Shown here: positions 15,201 through 26,899 of the stretch, piece by piece
Numbering within the stretch: position 1 is the first letter of the stretch
How the letters are laid out: every line of letters starts with the position of its first letter
Assembly (NCBI GenBank): GCA_043228905.1
Contig: JBHGNT010000001.1
Coordinates: 32,798,001 to 32,862,000 of the forward strand
Direction of reading: 5' to 3'
Length of the DNA stretch: 64,000 bases
Source: Azolla caroliniana
Lineage: Eukaryota > Plantae > Polypodiophyta
Made by a program: the position numbers and the translations under genes
Notes under the pieces: generated by a model
Database searches by the model: none
Told to the model about the DNA's origin: nothing
Seen by the model: the letters and a program-made list of their open reading frames with translations, nothing else

Positions 15201-17722
15201 CCATAGTACAAGAAATTCTCCTTTAAAACTCTCTTGTCCCGGGTTCGAATCCTCTTAATGACCACGATTTTACCCCCGACAAGTATACACGTAATGCATT
15301 GACTTTGTATGCTACAGTAGACTTAATATACTCCTTCATCTCATCACAACTCAGCCAAGCCAAGCCACATACGGTGAATGGCCATTGCATATACAAACCA
15401 TCACTTGTGATGACGAATGATCTCTTCAACGGATATGGCATCAAAACATGAAATCATTTTGATCGGTTTTATGTAGCCTCTAATATGCCACAATCCTTAT
15501 GAGCTAATAAAATAAAATAAAAAATTCATAATTTGGATAAGGACCATGAGTGCTTCCTTGTCAATCTCTCAATTGCTCTTTATTAAATGTTATATGACCA
15601 TTTTCATTACTCCTCTAGTTGTGGTCGTTAACCAACATTGCTACAATCTCATAGATGAAATTGGCAATGATCAATTGTGGAGAGTGTTAAGACTCGGTTT
15701 AGATTAGTAAGAAGGAAAAATCATGCATTGGATTGGTATGGAAACGATTGCTAAATGTTATATAATATACTTAGTGAATATCAAGGAGAGATCAGTGAAG
15801 TGGTCAAGCAAGTAGTCATTTGATAACACTCCTTGATGCATTGCAACCATGGGCTGACATGAACTTTAATAGGGTGGACCAAAGTTAGTCAATTGTGAAG
15901 TCATGTTGACGTCAACACTCTCATGAATGATGTCATGTCCTTAATATAACAAAGAGGAAAATGGCACATACCATGAGACACCTTCAACCAACACATCGGT
16001 AGGTGAAACCTTCTTTATGTTTTATTTTATTTTATTTACGATGATTGGTTGCACGTCTCGTTTTTTTTGTAATCTTTTGTCTCATGGGCCAATTTTGGTC
16101 TTAGAAGATGTTAATTTCCCTCCCTCTCTCTCTCTCTAACCTCGTTGAATCTATTCAATTGTCAATTGAAATTCCCTCTTTGTTTTAATCCATTTAGTCA
16201 ACCTGTTAACACGAAAATGCTTTTGATTGACTCTTCGAAGGTGGATAGACTCTATGGAGACAAGTTGGCTCCTTAATATGCATGGATGAACTCTATGGAG
16301 ACTACTTGATTTTTAAAATAAAACAACCTAATATGTACATTATCAATGCCTCTAATGAAACCATAAATATGTCATGACAATGTGTCAATAGTAAGGTAAT
16401 AATGTGTTTGTCCACAACGTGAAAGTATCATGGTTTTCATGAACCTATAAGAGAATATTAACTACATGAAAACATGTGAACGATACTTGACGCGATATCT
16501 AATATATGCAAAAAATTATCCATGGTACAATAACCTAAAGGCTAGCATAGACACTCAACAAATGCGTAAAATACTTGATACTACCATAACTTCCTTGTGG
16601 GATGGGTTGCTTGCCACACCCACCACATAACAAATCAATTGACATTTAATTATTCTTCGTACTCCATTTGTATAACAAGACGGCTTACATGGGGAGTGAT
16701 CTAAACTCTTCAATCATTTTATAACATAATGTTGTTCCATCACTAAAAAGAAGAGATGCATCTTCTACTTACTAATTCGACCTTTACATACTCTTGCATT
16801 CTAAGAAACCTCTCCTAAATGAAGAATATCTAAGGTTTTTTTATATGAGATTGGACTTTCATTAAAAGATCAAAGGAAGTTGGCAAAATGAACTTGTAAC
16901 TTCAGGAGAAGGGGTGCTCTCAAATTGAAGGATTAGGAATGTTGCATATATCGGGGTGTTGCGACTGTTTATTAAAAGCATAGGCTTTTGCTAAGTGGTA
17001 AGATGACGTATAGAGTTTGACACTTACCCCGATGCTAGGAGGTAAAAAGGAAAAGTGTTAAGAGTTGCGAATGGAAGCCTCGATAAATGGTGGTGTTTCG
17101 ATACTGTTTGATATTTAATAGAACCAATGCGTGGATCCTATTCCAATATTGGAATTTCTTCCCCTTCGACAGGGCAAAGAGTTCATCTATCTTGATGTAG
17201 AACGAATGAAAAGATTTGACCAAATCTCCATTGTATGCCTAGACAAACTTTCCCAGTCTATGAGAGGGTTGTCATTGCCTTGTAGGGGATGACTTACAAC
17301 AATAATTCTTTCTTGCCATAAGCATCATGAGTTTGGTAAAAACTTGATTGGTCACAAAAAGGTTGGAGGATAAACACTAAATGTGGAAGTTGTTCTCTAA
17401 TAGGTTCTTGAGGAAGGAAAGCAATATCCCTCTGCATCAGACCCAGCGACCATATTCGGTGACCCTCCCCTATGTCTGAGCTTCACGGCCGCCACAACAG
17501 AGGAAGGGAAGCAACCACTGGGCTACAAATTCGTTCTGCTGCGCTACAACATCTCTACCAACAGGTTTGATTTCTGCCTATATTAACTTTGTATCCATCG
17601 AAGCAGATGAAATTAGTGGTGGTGGTGATTGGGGAAAAGTAAGGAGAAATATTTGGAAGAGAAGAGAGAACGATTAATTAGGAAGTAGGGAGTCTTACAA
17701 ACTCAGGACTAGAAGAGAGTCG

Positions 17723-19117
17723 ATGTATACACCGTCTTCGTCAATGCCCAAGGAGCGATCCAGCGAATCGGCCCCTGCTTCTCCTACGATTGACGGTACT
17801 ATAGATGTCCAATTGGCACCGGAAGATGAGCTCACTGTTCTCAATGAAGTTAAACGATTGGAGCGGTGCTCTGTTGTTGCCCAAGTCCTGGGAAAACGAC
17901 CGAGTAGAGGGGATCTTCGTCATCTTCTCCAGGCAGCCTTAAAGGAAAAATTGGATAAGATAACTGATATTCAATTGATGGGCCGAGGTTGCTATCAATT
18001 GGAGTTTGAAGATCATTCTTCCGTTTGCAATATCCTTTCCATCCACTCGGTAGAAATCTCAGGTGCATGGGTTCTTTTTTTCCCATGGACCCATGGTTTT
18101 GATACGGCAGCCCTACAGGTGGAGGCAACGGGATACTTTACGTGTACTGCTGTTTTTCCAGGTTTAGACAAGGAGTGGAGGGAGGTTCTTCACAAAATTG
18201 GGGCAGCAATAGGTAGAGTTTTACATGTTAACTCATCTACATTCAAGGATATTGTAGAAAAAGGAGGAGCTCCGTCGGTCAAGTTACTTTGCAAGAAAGA
18301 TGTAGTGTTACCTAATTGGATTCGCCTTCCAAAACTGCAAGGTAATATGTTTCAAAAAATTCAGAAAGTGCTTTACTTTGGGTTGCCCAACCAATGTTTT
18401 TCTTGTAAAAAAATTGGTCATTTAGCAAAAGATTGTTTGATTGTCCATGGGAAGCCTATTGTAGCTATGCATAAGCAAAATAATAATGTGGTCACTTCAC
18501 TGGTGCCTCATGAAACTCAACAAGTAAAGGGTTTTGATATATTGTTAGATAAAGTGGGTAAGGGAAAAGGTGTTGATATGAGTTGTTCCAATGTCCCTCA
18601 ATTTGCACTATCGGAAGGTAGTATGGACACGTTGAGGCAAGATTTAGGAATGTCGATTTCTGCTCCATCTTTGGAGATCATTCCAGCCATTCCTCCTCCC
18701 TTAGTGTTGCCTGAATGTAGTATGGACGCTTTGCAAAAAGATGTAGTTATGCCGGTTTCCATTTCCTCTTTGGAAATTGTTCCAGTCATTGACTCAATGC
18801 TAGAACAAGATCCGACGAAAGTTAAGGCGTCAGTTCAGAAAATGATAACATCGTTTCAACATAATGATGCAAAGGTAAATGCTCGATCATATTCAGATGT
18901 TTTGCAGACAGGGGTGGGGCAATCACCGTATGTTTTTGCATCTGCAAAGGATACTATAGAAGCGCTTGGGAATAGCAAAAATAGGGTATATAAAGACCAT
19001 CGTGTGTTAGTCAAGGATTTCCGTGTGGAAAAAAGAATAACAAGAGCAGTAACTTCATCTCAAAAGGAGAGACAAGTGGTTTTGACTGATAAGAGGTCTT
19101 CTCCATCTCAATCTTGA
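17723..19117 (+). CDS. LINE ORF1 (DUF4283/RRM-like region plus CCHC zinc knuckle)
   Basis: 464 aa with CFSCKKIGHLAKDC, directly upstream of ORF2. Confidence 0.9.
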   Translation: MYTPSSSMPKERSSESAPASPTIDGTIDVQLAPEDELTVLNEVKRLERCSVVAQVLGKRPSRGDLRHLLQAALKEKLDKITDIQLMGRGCYQLEFEDHSSVCNILSIHSVEISGAWVLFFPWTHGFDTAALQVEATGYFTCTAVFPGLDKEWREVLHKIGAAIGRVLHVNSSTFKDIVEKGGAPSVKLLCKKDVVLPNWIRLPKLQGNMFQKIQKVLYFGLPNQCFSCKKIGHLAKDCLIVHGKPIVAMHKQNNNVVTSLVPHETQQVKGFDILLDKVGKGKGVDMSCSNVPQFALSEGSMDTLRQDLGMSISAPSLEIIPAIPPPLVLPECSMDALQKDVVMPVSISSLEIVPVIDSMLEQDPTKVKASVQKMITSFQHNDAKVNARSYSDVLQTGVGQSPYVFASAKDTIEALGNSKNRVYKDHRVLVKDFRVEKRITRAVTSSQKERQVVLTDKRSSPSQS

Positions 19118-19118
19118 T

Positions 19119-22100
19119 ATGTATTATTTTAATATTTTATCTTGGAACCTTCAAGGGTTAGGTACGAGTCGTTGTAATAGAGTAAGATGTTACTTGAATC
19201 AAGAATTATCTTTACCTTCAATAGGTCAACTTGATATGCTATGCTTTCAAGAACACCATCTTAATTCACAAAGGATAGCATCGAATAGAAATTTACTACG
19301 TGGTAATTGGATTTATGAATGGGTTCCGGCTTTTGGACCATCTGGTACTCAAGGTGGCCTTTGTATCGCACTTAAAATGCAATGGCAGTCTAATGTACAA
19401 GCTAAAGGAGTATTGTTTGGTGGTAGAGTTCAATATATGCTTATTCTTATCTCCGGAAAATTGATTGGTTTTTTGAATGTATATGCTCCGAATTCTGTTA
19501 CTGGAAGAATTCGTTTGTGGAATAAGTTATTGCAAGATCTTCCTGTGGCACAACATTGGTGCATGTGTGGTGATTGGAACATGATTGAAAGCCCTAGTGA
19601 TAGATTAGGTGGATCTTCTACTACTATATCGGGTTTAGAATTGCGTGAGTGGGAAAAGTTAATTTTCAAATATGAAGTTACTGATTTGTGGCATATTCCA
19701 ACCTTCTCTCGCATGCCCGATTCCTTGTTATACTCACGTTCCAATCGAAGAAGTATTGCTCTTAATCTGTCGAGAATAGATAGGTTTTATGCAGATTCTT
19801 TTTTTTGGGATCGTGGAGGATATGTGGGTATTATATCAGGCACTTCGTTCTCAGATCATGCCCCGATTATGCTCAAATTCTGTATGAACAGCCATACTTC
19901 TATTTCTCGATTGTATGTGCCAAGGTTTATTGTTGATGATATGAGTTTGCAGAATACAGTTTTGTCAATTTGGAGAATGGCTGTAGGGGATTCTAATTGT
20001 CAAAAATTACAGAATGCTCTTCTCGCAGTTTCCAACTTCTTTATACAACAAGTTAAGTTAAAACAAAGTAGCTACACTAGAAAATTGTTGAATGCTAAGA
20101 GAGGTTTGGCTTCTCTTCAAATTTTGCAAGAAAAACAGCCTCATTCTCAATATATTCATTGTGAATTACAGAATGTTATGATGCTTATTTCTTTTCTGCA
20201 GCAAAAACGTGCTCAATTTTTTCTTCATGCATCTGCAGCAAGATGGTGTACAAAAGGAGACACCATGTCAAAATTCTTTTTCCAACATGTTACGCCTAAA
20301 AGAAATAAAATTCAGATTGTACAATTGAAAAGATCTGATGGTACAGTTACTATGGATAAAGATGAAATGAGTAACATTGTTGCCACTTATTATGAGTCGT
20401 TGTTATCAGCAGATACTCCAAGTGTTGAAACTCAACAAATGCGCCAAAAAGTATGGGTTGTTACTGTGGTTAAGGTAACATCTCGGATATCTCTTCAGCT
20501 TCTTCGTCCATTTTCATCCTTTGAAATATTACAAGCTATTAAAGGTGTTGGGCCAGATGTGTCCCCGGGAGTAGATGGAATGGGAAGAGATTTTTTCATT
20601 ACATATTGGGACTTGATTGCCGAAGATCTATTGGCAGCATTTCAAGAAATGTTCAATACAGGTATTATGCCACAAAAGTGGAAAGAGGGATTAATATGCC
20701 TCATTCCGAAAGGTGAGGTTGTTACGGATGAGGTGAAGGGTTGGTGGCCCATTACTTTATTGAATACAATTTACAAAATCTATGCTAAGTTATTGGCTTT
20801 GAGATTACAACCTTTTCTTTCAGAGATTGTGCATGACTCACAGACGGGATTTATGCAAGAACGTAGTATTTTTGACAATATTTTTTTGTTTTGGGAATTA
20901 ACAGGGATGGCAATGAAAACTAAAGAAGATCTAGCGGTACTTTTATTAGATTTTGAGAAGGCATATGATAGAGTTGATTGGGACTTCATGGAAGGTTCAT
21001 TATTGAGATTAGGTTTTCCTGCGCAGTGGATTAGGGCTGTAGCTTCCTTGTATCGTGAGGCCTTTAGTTCAGTGTTGGTCGCCGGTGGGCAAACTAGAAA
21101 ATTTTCTATCTCGCGTTCGGTTCGTCAAGGTTGTCCATTGGCCCCATTCCTGTTTTTGCTAGTTATGGAAACATTCTCAATGTATTTAAACTCCTCTCAA
21201 GTTGCTTTGAAGGGTTTGCCTTTGCCTGCCACGCAACAACAAATGTTGGATGCAGAATTTGCAGATGATACTGCAATTTATGTTCAAGGTAATGATGAAA
21301 AATTAAGTAAATTGCAAGAAGTAGTGGAGGAATTTTGTTTGGCCTCTGGAGCAAAGATAAATTGGCATAAATCTCTTGGCTTTTGGGTGTCACAAAATTC
21401 CTTGCCTAATTGGATGCCTTCGCAGGAATTCAAGTGGGTTCCTAATGGAACCACTACTCGTTACTTAGGCTGTCAAGTGGGACTTCATGTTACTGCAGAT
21501 ATGTTAGTTGCTCCTCTACTTGTAAAATTAAGAAGAAAATTGTTGCTTTGGGATTCGGTTAACCTGTCACTTGCAGGTCGTATACTTGTAGCTAACCAAG
21601 TGTTGTTAGCGACTATTTGGTATGTTGCTTCAACTACATTGTTTGCTAGATCATGTATTTTACAGGTGCAACGCCTCATTCGTAACTACATTTGGGGAGG
21701 GAAAACAGGTCAAGGTAAAAGGCCTAAAGTAGCTTGGGCAGTATTGATTGCTCCACGACAAAATGGTGGGATGGGGCTGGTAGATCCAGATGCACAGTGT
21801 AAGGCTTTGCTTTCTAAATTTGTGTGCAGAGCTATGTTGCCAATGCAAGGTGTTTGGAGTCGTTTGATGATGCATAGGTTGTCTACTATGTGCCCATCAA
21901 TAGGAGGAAAGTGGCAACCATCTTTAAGATGGGGTTTTATTCAGAATTTTCATTTGTTTAAAACAACCTTATTAGAAGATAGGGTTTTTAATGGAATTCT
22001 CACAAGTTGGTCAGCTGTCAAAAAGTTTCTAATTCGGAAGGTACCTTCGACAACGGATGACTTGTTGAGACAACCCTTGATCTGGAACTTTCTCTTTTCA

Positions 22101-23441
22101 GATTCAAGGGGTTTTCTGCTTGGTAGCCGTCCTCGGTTGAATTGGGCTTCTATGGATGCATCAATAGCATGGGGATGCTATGTTATGAATCAACAGTTAC
22201 AACCTTTGTCGAGGCCTTCAGTTCGAGGAAGTGCTATTATGTGCGATAATATGCAAGTGGCGTTGGGACAATTTATGGCTTCATGGTCCCCCTCTAGCAA
22301 TCAGATTTGGTTTGGTTATTTCTCTCCTCTAAAAGTGATTTTAGGAGCTAAAGTAACTAACACTATGGGTGATGTAATATACTTTAATGTGGATGATGAT
22401 GGTAGGTTGTGGCATGTATTTTCTGAATCAGATGTGTGGATATCCGCCAATGTTTCAGCGATTCGAGTAGTTGCAAGATCGGGAAAAAAATGGCTCTTGG
22501 ATCCACCATTTCAAGAATGCTTACGGTGTTGTTCGTTGTGGGTTTTTCAAAAAAAGCCGCTTTATAATTTGGATTGGGATCCAGCTGATTATCAATGGAA
22601 AAAACCGAATGCTAATGGAAATGGTAAACACTTAGAGTTCTTTCAGTATTCAGTTAAGTTAGGTAGAAATTTATTATTGCAATCAAAGTATAAATGCCCG
22701 GCTGCCATGAAGCATTGGATTGCAAATAATGTGAATGAACTACAACTTACAAAATTTTGGAAATGGTTGTGGAGTATGCAGTTGCCGAAAAAAGTTATTT
22801 GTTTTCGGTGGTTGTTGATACATTATGCTCTTCCTGTTGGTGATTGGTTGAGGCAAAATCAGCAATATGCTTGTGGAATGCATTGTGGTGAATCTACGGA
22901 ATCTATTTTGCATTTGTTTTGGATGTGTCCCAAAATCAAGCAATTCTGGAGTAAGTTGTTTTTATTACTAAGAAACCACTATGCTCGTTCTACTTTCTCG
23001 TGGGGTGCAGTATTATGGGGTGTCCTTCATGGAGATGTTATGAATTACGAACGTATGCATGCTTCTCATGTTTTTTACTTTTCCAATGGGTACATCTATC
23101 TCACTTCATTTCCATCTGTTATTCCTCGGTTTAGAACTGAAAATCTGGTTATTTGGCGTACTGTTACGTCACTAGCGCTGTGGACAATATGGAAAACGAG
23201 ATGCGATGTTGTTTTTAACAATGCTCACATACATCTCAATAATATGCTTATTGAATTCTGGTGGTTATTTGTCCACACCATACGTGGACAATATGATGAT
23301 TTGCAGGGTACAACTGATGCTCAAAGGCAACGTCAAGTGGACTTTAAGAAACGGTGGCGAGGGCTTCACTTGTTTTCAGATACGTCTCCTGGTATGAAGT
23401 GGAATTATTCCATTCCTCCTTTTTTATTGCATAGCTTGTAG
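19119..23441 (+). CDS. LINE ORF2 (APE endonuclease, reverse transcriptase, zf-RVT)
   Basis: 1440 aa. Endonuclease motifs SWNLQGL, FQEHH, NVYAPN, GDWN, SRIDRF and SDHAP. RT motifs LDFEKAYDRV, RQGCPLAP, FADD and YLG. Zinc finger CGMHC...HLFWMC. Confidence 0.96.
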   Translation: MYYFNILSWNLQGLGTSRCNRVRCYLNQELSLPSIGQLDMLCFQEHHLNSQRIASNRNLLRGNWIYEWVPAFGPSGTQGGLCIALKMQWQSNVQAKGVLFGGRVQYMLILISGKLIGFLNVYAPNSVTGRIRLWNKLLQDLPVAQHWCMCGDWNMIESPSDRLGGSSTTISGLELREWEKLIFKYEVTDLWHIPTFSRMPDSLLYSRSNRRSIALNLSRIDRFYADSFFWDRGGYVGIISGTSFSDHAPIMLKFCMNSHTSISRLYVPRFIVDDMSLQNTVLSIWRMAVGDSNCQKLQNALLAVSNFFIQQVKLKQSSYTRKLLNAKRGLASLQILQEKQPHSQYIHCELQNVMMLISFLQQKRAQFFLHASAARWCTKGDTMSKFFFQHVTPKRNKIQIVQLKRSDGTVTMDKDEMSNIVATYYESLLSADTPSVETQQMRQKVWVVTVVKVTSRISLQLLRPFSSFEILQAIKGVGPDVSPGVDGMGRDFFITYWDLIAEDLLAAFQEMFNTGIMPQKWKEGLICLIPKGEVVTDEVKGWWPITLLNTIYKIYAKLLALRLQPFLSEIVHDSQTGFMQERSIFDNIFLFWELTGMAMKTKEDLAVLLLDFEKAYDRVDWDFMEGSLLRLGFPAQWIRAVASLYREAFSSVLVAGGQTRKFSISRSVRQGCPLAPFLFLLVMETFSMYLNSSQVALKGLPLPATQQQMLDAEFADDTAIYVQGNDEKLSKLQEVVEEFCLASGAKINWHKSLGFWVSQNSLPNWMPSQEFKWVPNGTTTRYLGCQVGLHVTADMLVAPLLVKLRRKLLLWDSVNLSLAGRILVANQVLLATIWYVASTTLFARSCILQVQRLIRNYIWGGKTGQGKRPKVAWAVLIAPRQNGGMGLVDPDAQCKALLSKFVCRAMLPMQGVWSRLMMHRLSTMCPSIGGKWQPSLRWGFIQNFHLFKTTLLEDRVFNGILTSWSAVKKFLIRKVPSTTDDLLRQPLIWNFLFSDSRGFLLGSRPRLNWASMDASIAWGCYVMNQQLQPLSRPSVRGSAIMCDNMQVALGQFMASWSPSSNQIWFGYFSPLKVILGAKVTNTMGDVIYFNVDDDGRLWHVFSESDVWISANVSAIRVVARSGKKWLLDPPFQECLRCCSLWVFQKKPLYNLDWDPADYQWKKPNANGNGKHLEFFQYSVKLGRNLLLQSKYKCPAAMKHWIANNVNELQLTKFWKWLWSMQLPKKVICFRWLLIHYALPVGDWLRQNQQYACGMHCGESTESILHLFWMCPKIKQFWSKLFLLLRNHYARSTFSWGAVLWGVLHGDVMNYERMHASHVFYFSNGYIYLTSFPSVIPRFRTENLVIWRTVTSLALWTIWKTRCDVVFNNAHIHLNNMLIEFWWLFVHTIRGQYDDLQGTTDAQRQRQVDFKKRWRGLHLFSDTSPGMKWNYSIPPFLLHSL

Positions 23442-25079
23442 ATGGTGTTCCATTTGTTCCTATTGTGATATCATCTGTATCATCAGATGTTGGTATTAGG
23501 TTTTGTATTACAATAGAGGTGAGATGAAATGTCTCCCTCTGTTTTCTATATGTACATTGCTCAAGTAATTTACTAAGGTGTATCTTTTTTAAAATAAATA
23601 AAAAAAGGTTGGAGGATAATTCTCAGACATTTGTTGACATAATGCGTCCTTACTTTTGGCCCAATAATTGATTATTCAACAAAAACAAGGCACCTCTGAA
23701 TATAGGTCTCAACATTAAGTGGTCAAACTCACGCCACAACAATGGATATGAGATCACACCGATTGTTGCATGTGTGTAATTTTTTGGATCGTTTCAAAAC
23801 ATTTTCAAAATGATGAATAATGTGAGAGACACTTGGCACTTGCATGCATTCCAATGTTACGATTGTGAAATAGAACCTCGTGTCATGTAATTATCTTTTG
23901 CATTAAAATACTCACTTTGTCATCACAATTGGCAGTGTTGAGGTTTCAAAGAAATGTAACTAGTGAAGTCACATGCATCATATTGGATTGTCCTCTTTCA
24001 TATTAAGATGGCAACCACATCAATTTCGATCAAATGTGAACAATCATATGCGTGGTTTCACCCAATGATCACACAAATTGGATTGGTTATCCATGGCATG
24101 AGTCACAAATAATCAACAGAAAAATGGTAAGATAAACTTCTAATAAGGCTTTGAGGAACCAACATCATAGAAGGTTTTGACAATGATGAAATAGAGGCAT
24201 TATTAGTCAAGGATATTTTTTAGATTAAGCAACAAATTCATGAATTCACGAAGCTCTAGATTACACGATAAAGAGATACAAATTTCTCATTCATAAGTAC
24301 AGATTTTTTGTTACGGGCAATGACCATCAATCATCCCGTGAAGTTTGTACCATAGTATTCTATACACGTGGATAAAGTGTGAGGGTTAAATGAGAGTGTA
24401 AAGAAGGGATCATTACGTTTAATCCTAGGAATTGAGACAACCCATAAGATGCCAAGTGTGAACTTGCATGGGGGGCTTAGGCCTAATTATAAATATGAGG
24501 CCTACCTATCCACATTAGACACATAATTGGACTACGTCGAGACTCTGATAGTATGGTGAAGAGATTCTTGTAGTGAGCGTGCTAGTACCAGGTACAACTC
24601 GATGCCACAAAGGTGGTGTGGGACACTGATCGAGGTTTGAGACTATCTCAATCCCTTCATTCGAGGGTGGTCGGGTGGATCAACACCCTTCTTTCTCTCT
24701 CTTTTATTATCCATCTATCTATTATTTCCTTGTCATATGCATGCATTGGGATTGAGCTCTAACATTTTTCTTTGCTTCATACAAAAACAAAAAGTGCCTC
24801 GACCCTCTATGATGGTTGGTAGTTGACACTTGTTGTGACTCTAAACGTTGTGAAACATGCACAAAGAATGTTTCAATCAAACTATGATCATGTATCTTTG
24901 TCACTCTAGTATTGATTGACCCACATCTAGCCTTCTCAAGGCTCCTCGCATTGTATAATTCGTGTAACTCTAACCATGTTTGTGACGGTGTTTTACAAAA
25001 CAAAGCCACGATTAGCATGGAATAGAGTTCACAAATTAAAGGTTGATATTTGCAAAATATTAGGTTGTTATTTGCACGA

Positions 25080-25368
25080 TGTCGCGTTGTTACGCGCGTG
25101 CGTGGAGAAAGGCGGGACCACGAGCGTCTTGGACTAGGGAGTGATGGAGCGTAGGAAGTCGTGCTTCACCGTTTCCGGGGCATCCGTTACAATGTGGGAC
25201 AAATGCCGACTTACATGGGATCGTCTGTCCCGACTTGACTACTCTTCGGCGCCATAAAGGCGCCCTCGTTATTCACACTAAATGTACATGGGTGCGTACA
25301 CACGCTGCACCCCGCCGATGTAGCCAATGTTTCCCGGTTTCCGCCTCTGGCCGAAATTCTTCACGACA
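25080..25368 (-). repeat. 3' LTR of element A (internally deleted), duplicated copy
   Basis: TG...CA termini. Matches the two ends of 51317-52090 and is preceded by ACGA. Confidence 0.88.
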
Positions 25369-26899
25369 TCCGCCCCCACCTAACCACACATCCACCAGTA
25401 TGTGCCAAGTCCGGTTGAAGGGTGAGAGATTTCGGCCGGTGAGAAACCGGTCTCCCGTGATCCGCATCTCGGCTCGCTGCCGGTTTGATCCGTCGGCTTT
25501 GAGTCTTCCTTCGCGCTCGCCTCCCCGTAGGCTCGTTCGACCCGTCGATGGGTCCTCTGCCGCGATCTCCGTAGTATGCGTACTTCCGTTGGCCCTTGTT
25601 CGGCCGTATGAACGCCCCGCTTCCCGCCGTATGCTGGATGTCCTCCGCTTGAGGCATGCCCATAGTGGCCCACTTGGCCTCCGTTGTCCAATCGTGATGT
25701 CCATGGTCGTTTCGCGTTGGCTTCGTCCTTTTGCCGCCACCTTCCTTCTCCATGGTCTTACATCGTCGCGTCGGCTCGAACCGCCATGGTCTCCGGAACG
25801 GTGTGGAGGATCCCTTTCCGGCCTTCTCCGCGCTACCTATCTCCGCGCTCGCCTTTCCGCTCCGGCACCTCCGTGTGCCACATACCCTCGTCTGTTGTTT
25901 GGCACTGCCTGTGTCGCACTCCGGTTCATTGCACACTTTGTCGGCCCCCTTTTCGGCCAGATCGTGCATCGCTGCTCACCTGCATACTGGTGTCCTTTGC
26001 ATCCGAGGAGCACCTCGTAGTAGCCTGCTTGGCCCTTCCCGTCTTCGTGCCGTTGCAATAGGTCCCGAGTCTTCCGCTTGCCGTCGTCCCCTCGCCCCCA
26101 CCAGCTTGTCACCCCGGGCTTGTCGTGTCAGTCTTCGCTACTTCGACGGAGCTCCCGAGATCTACGAGGCGAGTGTGGAGGATCCTCCTCCTGCCTCTCT
26201 TGCCATCCCCTGACTCCGACCCTGTGCAGTCCACTAGGCACTTGTAACCTCGTTCCCGGCACCTCCCTTGTGCCTTTTCCCGCTTCCTTTGTTCGGCACC
26301 GCCCGCGCCGAACACCGTCCCGTAGTCACGCTTCGATCCGGCCCGCGATGGCCACTTGCAAGACCCTCGTTCTGTCCCAGGTGTGCCTTTTCGGCCTGAC
26401 ACACCTCCCCGTGTTTGCCCCTACCGGCTCCTTCCGAAACCTCGTGTCGTCGGGTCTCGTTCCCTGCCGTCACCGTCCTTCTCCATCGGTCTTACATCGC
26501 CGTGTCGGCTGATCAGCCGAGGTCTCCGGATCGGTGTGAGGGTCCCATAGGACCGGACTCCGTTTCTATGTCTGCCATAATTCGGGTGTCTTTTGTTTGA
26601 GTCCCTCCCAGACTCTCCTCGTGTCTTCCGCGTAGTCGGGTCCCGTTTCCCGCCGCCACCAACCTTCTCTCTCAGTCCCATGTTGCCACGTTGGCCGAAC
26701 TGCCGGAGTCTCTGGTTAAGTGTGGGGATCCCGTAGGACCGGACTCCGTTCCGCCCTTGCCTTCGTCACCTCGCCGCCACCGTCAGTATCTTGGTCTTAC
26801 GTCGACCGCGTTGCCGACCGCCGAAGTCTCTAGAACTGGTGTGAAGGATTCTCCGTAGACCCCCCATCTGTAGCCCCTTTGCCTTCGTCACCTCGCCGC

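Larger units (their letters stand above)
17374..23601 (+). mobile_element. Full-length L1-clade LINE, copy 1
   Basis: 18-bp TSD AAAAAGGTTGGAGGATAA at 17356-17373 and 23602-23619. About 350 bp of 5'UTR, ORF1, ORF2, then AATAAA and a short A tail. Confidence 0.95.

Noticed and set aside
15198-15265. B-box-like GGTTCGAATCC suggesting a tRNA gene
   Set aside because: No convincing A box or cloverleaf.
24309-24997. Possible old solo LTR (TG...CA, TATAAATA near 24488)
   Set aside because: No matching TSD, PBS or partner LTR found, so the boundaries are unsupported.
25235-26700. Many overlapping 60-260 aa ORFs in the GC-rich interior of A (also 40295-41760)
   Set aside because: They occur in all frames, have no recognisable domains and are expected by chance in GC-rich DNA.
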